A stretch of 64,000 nucleotides of DNA. Source: a virus. Its lineage: Duplodnaviria > Caudoviricetes. Below are positions 57,912-64,000 of this stretch, piece by piece. The notes under the pieces are model-generated. The model saw only the letters and a list, made by a program, of their open reading frames with translations, was not told where the DNA came from and did no database searches. The stretch is taken from positions 34,219-98,218 of IMG/VR virus record IMGVR_UViG_2851775564_000002; one strand, written 5' to 3'. The translations under genes and the position numbers were made by a program. Within the stretch, counting starts at the first letter, position 1, and every line of letters starts with the position of its first letter.

Positions 57912-58229
57912 ATGAGTTCTGGAGAAATCCAAAGCTTTTTTAATACTCAAAATTGGAGGTGCTATATGAGTGAAAATTATGATTCTGAGTTATGTGCAGA
58001 AAGGCATAAAAGGATAGACGAGAAATTAGATTTGCATGATACAAAACTAAATGATTGTTCTAATAGGTTGGATAAACTGGAACAGCGAGGTGCTGCAGTA
58101 GACGAAAAATTAGAAAATCTATGTGATCAAATTAAAAATTTAGTAGTTACCCTTAGGTGGGGTATGGGTATATTAGGAGCTTCATTCTTGGGGCTCTTTA
58201 TTTATTTGCTTGAATTACATTTGAAATAG
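57912..58229 (+). CDS. XhlA-family lysis protein (likely ATG at 57966)
   Basis: Coiled coil plus C-terminal TM; RBS GGAGGTG. Confidence 0.8.
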   Translation: MSSGEIQSFFNTQNWRCYMSENYDSELCAERHKRIDEKLDLHDTKLNDCSNRLDKLEQRGAAVDEKLENLCDQIKNLVVTLRWGMGILGASFLGLFIYLLELHLK

Positions 58230-58249
58230 AAGAGAAAGGAAATGATTTT

Positions 58250-59011
58250 ATGGTAATAACTTATGACTTTGGACATGGTACTGGTCAAGACAGAGGAGCT
58301 TCTGGCTATAGAAATGAGGAACACGATTGTAGAGAGTATGGAGCTTTAACTATTAAGAAGCTTCAGCAATTAGGACATACATGTTATAATTGTACCCCTT
58401 CAGCAAGTCCGGCTTTATCATTAGGTCAATCATTAGCTTATAGAGTTAACAAAGCAAATTCTATAGATTCACAACTATATTTATGCTTTCATGTAAATGC
58501 GTTTGAAACAGATAAAGCAAACGGATGTGAAGCTGAATATATAAGCGCTTCAGGTAAAACATATGCTGACAGGATATGCAACGAAATATCTAGCAGTTTA
58601 GGGTATAGAAATAGAGGTAGCCAATTAAGAACTGGATTATATGTTTTAAAATATACCAATATGCCAGCAATATTAATTGAGCCATTCTTCTGTGATACTA
58701 AGAGCGATTGTGATAAGTATGATCCTGAAAAGTTGGCAACAGCAATAGTAAAAGGAATTACAGGACAAACAGTTTCAAGTCAACCGGTTGCACTTAAACC
58801 AGTAGTTAAAGCAGCACCAAAGTATCCCGGAACTATTCCAGAGGGAGTATTTCAAATACCAGGTACTAAAGGATATGTTGAACCACGTACAGATGGGGGA
58901 ATAGGTATACATTTAGATAGAGGTAATTATATTACTATAGGCAAGGGGTATATAGATGCATATTGCAATGACAATAATGGACATGGTACAAGCAAAAGAA
59001 TAGTTGGTTAG
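58250..59011 (+). CDS. Endolysin, N-acetylmuramoyl-L-alanine amidase (Amidase_3)
   Basis: DFGHG..D.GA..E, FHVNA, AILIEPFFCD. Confidence 0.92.
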   Translation: MVITYDFGHGTGQDRGASGYRNEEHDCREYGALTIKKLQQLGHTCYNCTPSASPALSLGQSLAYRVNKANSIDSQLYLCFHVNAFETDKANGCEAEYISASGKTYADRICNEISSSLGYRNRGSQLRTGLYVLKYTNMPAILIEPFFCDTKSDCDKYDPEKLATAIVKGITGQTVSSQPVALKPVVKAAPKYPGTIPEGVFQIPGTKGYVEPRTDGGIGIHLDRGNYITIGKGYIDAYCNDNNGHGTSKRIVG

Positions 59012-59071
59012 CAATTGAGCTATTAAGGCTTTTTTTAATTGCCAAAAATAAGATTTTAGGAGGAAAAAAGT

Positions 59072-59551
59072 ATGTTAGGAAATGAAGTAGCAAATATAAT
59101 CTCAAGTGGGGTATTAAGTATTTTAGGGGCTATAGCATTTTATGGTGTGGCAGTAGGAGTTACTTATCTTAAGAAGAAAAGGGAAGCTCTTATAAATCAA
59201 CTTGGCGTGGATCAGTACAATGAAGATTATAAAGTTGCGCAGGATATTTATTATATTGTAGAACAGCAGTTTAAGTTTATTCCACAGGCAGGAGAGCAAA
59301 AGAAAAAGGAGTTTAATAAGTTACTAACTGGGAAAATACCAGGAATATCTCAAGAGGAATTGGACCATTTCAGAGAAACTATTTGTGGGAAAGTTAATTC
59401 AGAGTTTAAGAGTGCTAATATATTGGCTCCTGCTTATGATGAAAATAAGGATGTTGCTGACGTGATGGATGTTAATAAAAGACAAAATAATGATATTGCT
59501 AAAGAACAGTATCAAGAACAAAACATACAACCCCAAGCAGCAGCTCAATAA
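59072..59551 (+). CDS. Holin (LL-H-like)
   Basis: N-terminal TM; VEQ..GE.KK; follows endolysin. Confidence 0.72.
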   Translation: MLGNEVANIISSGVLSILGAIAFYGVAVGVTYLKKKREALINQLGVDQYNEDYKVAQDIYYIVEQQFKFIPQAGEQKKKEFNKLLTGKIPGISQEELDHFRETICGKVNSEFKSANILAPAYDENKDVADVMDVNKRQNNDIAKEQYQEQNIQPQAAAQ

Positions 59552-59561
59552 GAATTTTTTT

Positions 59562-59589
59562 AAGCTTAGAGTAGAAAAAACTCTAAGCT
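59562..59589. terminator. Terminator hairpin between convergent genes
   Basis: AGCTTAGAGT / ACTCTAAGCT stem. Confidence 0.7.
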
Positions 59590-59610
59590 CTATTTACTAC
59601 ACGATATAAA

Positions 59611-60657
59611 CTATAGGCTTTGATTATTTGACATTTCAACATATTCAAATAAATCATATTCTTCCCTATTTTCCCAATCACATACATAACCATTAAAGAA
59701 ATATGATTCTGTAAAATTATCACATATATTAACTGATATATCAAAATGATTATATAAGGATAATAAACCTAGAAGTTTGTCATTTACTTTTATAATTGAT
59801 ATATTGTGTACTTTTCCTGGTAGAGAAAATTTCTTAGGGTATTTTCCTCTATCTATAAGAACAGAAAATTTATTTTTTCCACCATTAACAATCCAATTTC
59901 TTATAGGATCAAATTTATTCTGTAATACAAACTGTGAACCATTTGAGAATGCTAGAAAATTAAAAACAATTTTAGCACAAACTCTATAAAAGTTTTCTAT
60001 ATCAAATTTTGTAGATTGGTGAGATATAACTTGTTCTGACTCAAATTTAGGTTGAGGTTTTGATACTATAATGCTTTTAATTATCTTATTGATGTATTCC
60101 AATGAAGGAGGTTTAACTGTATCATCGTGTACTCCTAAATACCACTTATTTTGAAAATTACCTAGTAACATTATATTTGATGGTATATTATTATCTTTTA
60201 TAGTTATATATTTATTATTGAAATTTCTAAGTGCTTCGATTAAATTTGATAACTGAATATTATAGTTACCTTCTGATGGATCTAAAATAGTGTCTATTCT
60301 AGTTTGATTTATAATTTTAAATTGCGGTATAGGATGTGGAGTTGCAAGTTTAGTATAGCCTAAGATCACATTGCTTGGATCATTACTAAAAGACATAACA
60401 TGGATTTTTGATTTAGTTGCGTTCTTAGTACATAAAGATCCCCTTTTACCTGGACCTTCAAATTGTCTTGGTATAGCAATAATTGAATTTCGCATAAAAT
60501 CTAATTCTATACGTGAAAATATATCAGTATTAAATTGGTCACTAACCATACCTTTAGGTAGCTTAGCAATTCCACCTATACCTGCAGGGATAATGTGTTC
60601 CCTTTCTTTAAATGTCACTTCTGGTTCCGTTTTTTTTAAATATATACATTTGCTCAT
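59611..60657 (-). CDS. HNH-family endonuclease with large C-terminal domain
   Basis: CIY..EHIIPAGIGG..V.D.FN. Confidence 0.75.
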   Translation of the reverse strand: MSKCIYLKKTEPEVTFKEREHIIPAGIGGIAKLPKGMVSDQFNTDIFSRIELDFMRNSIIAIPRQFEGPGKRGSLCTKNATKSKIHVMSFSNDPSNVILGYTKLATPHPIPQFKIINQTRIDTILDPSEGNYNIQLSNLIEALRNFNNKYITIKDNNIPSNIMLLGNFQNKWYLGVHDDTVKPPSLEYINKIIKSIIVSKPQPKFESEQVISHQSTKFDIENFYRVCAKIVFNFLAFSNGSQFVLQNKFDPIRNWIVNGGKNKFSVLIDRGKYPKKFSLPGKVHNISIIKVNDKLLGLLSLYNHFDISVNICDNFTESYFFNGYVCDWENREEYDLFEYVEMSNNQSL

Positions 60658-60673
60658 TTATATATTCCCCCTC

Positions 60674-60758
60674 ATATAGATGTAAAAATAACTTTATTTT
60701 ACATCTATATAATTATAATAACATATCTATTGTAGATCTATAATAGATATGTTATTAT
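60674..60758. repeat. Two adjacent palindromes
   Basis: 14-bp arms with 9-nt loop at 60674-60710; 44-bp loopless palindrome with one mismatch at 60715-60758. Confidence 0.85.
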
Positions 60759-60766
60759 CTTAAAAT

Positions 60767-60788
60767 AGGACATATGTTCGTATATAAT
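60767..60788 (+). promoter_or_regulatory. LexA box-like site next to a -10 element
   Basis: AGGACATATGTTCG (one mismatch to GAAC-N4-GTTC); TATAAT 60783-60788. Confidence 0.55.
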
Positions 60789-60817
60789 AGTATTATCTGG
60801 AACATAGGAGGTACTAT

Positions 60818-60859
60818 ATGAATAGTTTTATAGGATGGATAGGTGGAAAGAAACCATAA
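60818..60859 (+). pseudogene. 13-codon N-terminal stub of a Dam-like methyltransferase
   Basis: RBS AGGAGG; MNSFIGWIGGKKP*; WIGGK also in the intact methylase at 24604. Confidence 0.7.
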
Positions 60860-60943
60860 TCTAGCTAGAAGATATGAAAATAAAGATCATACTTATAATG
60901 AATTGATTATTAGAAACTATTAATTAAAACAATTTAATAAACA

Positions 60944-61035
60944 AAAGTACCACATATCTAACTAAATATACGGTACTTTCTCAGGTTGATTTATAAAATA
61001 AATGAACATCAAAAAATTTTAGACATAATATGTTT
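60944..61035 (-). ncRNA. Candidate small RNA of about 90 nt
   Basis: TTGACA-17-TAGCAT at 61070-61042; strand-specific terminator at 60979-60944; no substantial ORF. Confidence 0.4.
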
Positions 61036-61142
61036 ATATAAATGCTACAATAATATTACGCCTATGTCAAGTTTTAGTAGGCAACCTACCTTTTTACAAA
61101 ACATCATATAATATATATGTAAATCAGCTTGACCATAAGGAT

Positions 61143-61304
61143 AAAACGGATGCTGAGAAGGAAACTGAAAAACATGCATTACAGGCTCAGTTATCACAAG
61201 TGCAACAAGAAAATCAACAATTAAAGCAAAAAATTGCTACTGTACAAAGTGCCATAGCATCTTGACAAACTCAAACTGGGTTTGCACAATCAGTACAGAA
61301 GTAA
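61143..61304 (+). pseudogene. Q-rich coiled-coil gene remnant with internal stop
   Basis: KTDAEKE..QVQQENQQLKQKI..*; followed by hairpin CCTCCC/GGGAGG. Confidence 0.4.
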
Positions 61305-61448
61305 TTTTCCTCCCTTATGGGAGGACTTTTTTTGTTTTTGTAGAAGTTATTGTTATTATAATTCAATAGCTGTTTTACATATTAAGATAATGTAATATAA
61401 TAAAACTATAAGTAATTTATATATATATATGTATTCGGGAGGACAAAG

Positions 61449-61970
61449 ATGGAAGATAACGAAATAGAACAATATTTTAACATATTGTTGGAAAATTACA
61501 GGAGTGGTAAATTCAAGATTAGTTGGAGACCAAAATCTGTATTTATAGCTGATGATATAAATTTTAATGATGCACATGAAGAAAAGGGATTTAGAGAATT
61601 TGTTTCTAAATTCGTAGATGCATTAAGAGATAGGGTATTTGAAAATAAGAATGATGAAAAATATTCAAAATATGTTAATACCTTTTTAGAAGAAGATAAA
61701 TATCTTAAAGATGATATGCAAACCAGATGTACAAGCATTTCAAACCTATGCAACTTTTTTAACATAGAAATTTTAACTAAAAGGGACCGTAATCAAAACA
61801 CAAAATGTTATTCTGCTTTAGTTAATATGAATTTGCAAAAACCATGTTTAGAAGGCAAACCAATAATAGAGCCAATTACTTTTGAATTGAGTATAAGAGA
61901 CTTAAAAACATTTTCTGATTCCTTAGAAGATACAATAAGGAATATAGAAAAACTAAAGGATAATTTATAA
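61449..61970 (+). CDS. Hypothetical protein (right-end cargo)
   Basis: RBS GGGAGG; 173 aa. Confidence 0.65.
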   Translation: MEDNEIEQYFNILLENYRSGKFKISWRPKSVFIADDINFNDAHEEKGFREFVSKFVDALRDRVFENKNDEKYSKYVNTFLEEDKYLKDDMQTRCTSISNLCNFFNIEILTKRDRNQNTKCYSALVNMNLQKPCLEGKPIIEPITFELSIRDLKTFSDSLEDTIRNIEKLKDNL

Positions 61971-61978
61971 AATTAATA

Positions 61979-62557
61979 GTGGGTGATATTATGAATTATA
62001 ATAGAAATGGTAATAATAACTTACATATTGTCAAAGGTGGTATTGCAAATAAAATAGAGATTAACTGTACTAGTGAGGTTAAGAAGTTAGATTGGAAAGA
62101 CAATGGAATAATATGGGGACAAGATGGACATATATATAATAGTACATATAATAGAGTGAAAGGTAATATGATAAATAAGGAGGTGTTTTCTGATATGGAC
62201 AATGACGAATTATATGATAAAAAACTTGATTCTATAAATCAGCACATTAGGGATATGGAAAGTAGAGTTAGGGAGGATAGAATCGAAAGTGAACAAAGAA
62301 TTGAAGAACAAAGAAAACGCTCTGAAGATAGAATAGAAAAAAGGTATGAAGAATCGCTTAAGAATACACAAAATTCTGAAGAACGAATGGAAAAAAGGTT
62401 TAATGAAACTATGGATGCTATAAAGTATCAAAGTGATAAGGTAGAAAAGAAAATAGATAATATGGATACCAAATTGGGTACTATATATAGGTGGATTATT
62501 GGATTATGTTTAACTACTATTCTTGCAATAGCGGCATTAGTGATAACTAAACACTAG
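61979..62557 (+). CDS. Coiled-coil protein with C-terminal TM helix (start may be internal)
   Basis: SE.R(I/M)E repeats; WIIGLCLTTILAIAALVI; internal RBS AAGGAGGTG before MDNDEL. Confidence 0.65.
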   Translation: MGDIMNYNRNGNNNLHIVKGGIANKIEINCTSEVKKLDWKDNGIIWGQDGHIYNSTYNRVKGNMINKEVFSDMDNDELYDKKLDSINQHIRDMESRVREDRIESEQRIEEQRKRSEDRIEKRYEESLKNTQNSEERMEKRFNETMDAIKYQSDKVEKKIDNMDTKLGTIYRWIIGLCLTTILAIAALVITKH

Positions 62558-62585
62558 CATTTCATGCATATATTAAAATAAGAGT

Positions 62586-62621
62586 TGTAGGAAGTATTAA
62601 AAAATCCTACATACTTCCTAC
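62586..62621. promoter_or_regulatory. Putative integrase arm-type sites, right
   Basis: Inverted TGTAGGAAG then ATCCTACA and CTTCCTAC. Confidence 0.6.
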
Positions 62622-62758
62622 CATGTGTAAGATACGTTAAAATATGAAATAATATATAAATATATTTAATGATATTGAGTATCTAAAATGTTGTACATAT
62701 AATGAGGTTTGTTTATATCATGTAATAATTTATTATATTGTACAGTATTTATGTTAAA

Positions 62759-62809
62759 CAAACTTCACATGTGGAGACGGTAGTATTGCTGTCAAGGGTG
62801 AAAAAATAA
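62759..62809 (+). pseudogene. rlmD: Displaced rlmD 3' end (QTSHVETVVLLSRVKK*)
   Basis: RlmD/RumA C-terminal motif. Confidence 0.8.
62766..62781 (+). repeat. attR core of prophage 2
   Basis: Identical to 13096-13111. Confidence 0.9.
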
Positions 62810-62924
62810 AGTGTCGGAAAACGGTTTAAACAAGGAATTTCTAGGATTTGAGCCGTGATTTTTTGACGGTTCAAAGTTACGAAAGTTCCTTTAAAATCAA
62901 TACTTGGGAACATATCAATCGGTA

Positions 62925-63000
62925 AGGTTGAGTTGACAGAATTGTCTTTGGGTAGGTTGTGTAGACAGTATTGATTTTTACAGGTTGAGTTGATAATATG
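62925..63000 (+). repeat. Three direct repeats AGGTTGWGTWGAYA
   Basis: Starts at 62925, 62954, 62982. Confidence 0.75.
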
Positions 63001-63022
63001 ATTGTATATAGGCTAACAATCA

Positions 63023-64000
63023 TTGGCGAAAATAGATTATATGATAATTAGCCATATGACAGTGGATCAGAATTTATCTTTAAGGAGTATGATTATGAAA
63101 ACATATAAGATTTACCAAGTAGATTCTTTTACACGGGAGAAGTTTCATGGTAATCCGGCGGGTGTTGTTCCGAATGCGGATGGTTTAACAGACGAACAGA
63201 TGCAACGAATTGCGAGGGAATTGAACAATTCAGAAACTGCTTTTGTTTTTTCGTCGAGTGTTCCCGATTATGATGTTGAGGTAAGATTCTTTACCCCAAC
63301 GACAGAGGTTCCTCTTTGTGGTCATGCAACAATAGCTGCTCATTATGTTAGAGCGGTTGAGGGAACAGCAGTTTCGGGAACGGTTTTACAGAAAACAAAA
63401 GCGGGAATTTTACCTGTAGATATTGTACAGGAATACCATGATTTTAGCATTATAATGACGCAAGGAGCACCAGAAGTAAGCGAGCCATTCAGTTCCGACT
63501 TGGTAAAAAGAATTGCGCGGGCACTGGGGATTGCGATAAACGACATAAGGGAAGATTGTCCGATTGCTATTGCGTCAGCGGGACATTCAAAAATCATGGT
63601 AGGAATAAAAGAAAATGGTCGATTACATTCGCTTAAGCCTAACATGGAGGAATTGTCTGCTATTAGTGCAGAGGTTGGCTGTAATGGATATTATGTTTTT
63701 ACTTTGAATCCTGATGAAGAGGTATTGGTTCATGGTCGTATGTTTGCTCCTGCAATTGGTATTTCAGAAGACCCCGTTACGGGAAATGCAAATGGCCCGT
63801 TGGGCATGTATTTAGTACATTATGGTATTTGCAAGTCATTAGAAACACAAAACGAGCTCTCATTTTTAATTTTACAGGGAGAAGCGATAAAACGAGATGG
63901 CGGTATGCGTGTAAATGTGAAGATTGAAAATGGGAATCCGATTTTAGTACAAATTGTTGGTCAAGCTGTTGTTGCATTTAAAACGGAGATTGAGGTATAA
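63023..64000 (+). CDS. PhzF-family isomerase (likely ATG at 63095)
   Basis: QVDSFT..GNPAGVV, SETAF, EVPLCGHAT, EDPVTGNA. Confidence 0.93.
   Translation: MAKIDYMIISHMTVDQNLSLRSMIMKTYKIYQVDSFTREKFHGNPAGVVPNADGLTDEQMQRIARELNNSETAFVFSSSVPDYDVEVRFFTPTTEVPLCGHATIAAHYVRAVEGTAVSGTVLQKTKAGILPVDIVQEYHDFSIIMTQGAPEVSEPFSSDLVKRIARALGIAINDIREDCPIAIASAGHSKIMVGIKENGRLHSLKPNMEELSAISAEVGCNGYYVFTLNPDEEVLVHGRMFAPAIGISEDPVTGNANGPLGMYLVHYGICKSLETQNELSFLILQGEAIKRDGGMRVNVKIENGNPILVQIVGQAVVAFKTEIEV

Larger units (their letters stand above)
13096..62781. mobile_element. Prophage 2, apparently complete siphovirus-like temperate phage (about 49.7 kb)
   Basis: Terminal direct repeats, tyrosine integrase, canonical module order, no tail sheath gene recognised. 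Confidence 0.92.

Noticed and set aside
60715-60758. Protelomerase target reading of the long palindrome
   Set aside because: No protelomerase gene in the window and the phage is integrated through att sites; the palindrome itself is kept as a finding.
62811-62820. Arm-like TGTCGGAA outside attR
   Set aside because: Single short match on the non-phage side; could be chance.
1-64000. CRISPR array, tRNA/rRNA genes, diversity-generating retroelement
   Set aside because: No repeat-spacer array, recognisable structural RNA or reverse transcriptase seen by eye; tRNAscan and CRISPR finders were not run.

Overview
AT-rich, Clostridium-like DNA that is almost entirely mobile, with elements stacked at the displaced 3' end of rlmD/rumA (the HVETV motif appears twice). 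(1) 1-13099 is the right end of prophage 1: tail genes, holin, amidase, two overlapping large serine recombinases, a three-gene cargo operon and an HTH/Zn-finger gene, ending in a serine-type att inverted repeat centred on CA 13098-13099. (2) 13096-62781 is an apparently complete, about 49.7 kb siphovirus-like prophage 2, bounded by the 16-bp direct repeat CACATGTGGAGACGGT. It carries a tyrosine integrase and lysogeny, recombination/replication, packaging, head, tail and lysis modules plus several morons. (3) 62782-64000 holds an rlmD 3' remnant, three short repeats and a higher-GC PhzF-family gene, possibly the start of an older third island. Best leads: prophage 1's right junction lies inside prophage 2's attL (possible ordered excision); a TCC-TTT-CGT +1 frameshift site, the influenza PA-X motif, in the tail chaperone pair; a MuF-type head protein with a C-terminal RNase-like domain followed by a colicin D-like immunity gene; two repressor/Cro switches in series, each with its own operators; four morons with sigmaH-type promoters; linker repeats at accessory gene boundaries; and an HNH gene facing a LexA-boxed methylase stub across a 44-bp palindrome. 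All family calls come from motif recognition by eye; no searches were run.
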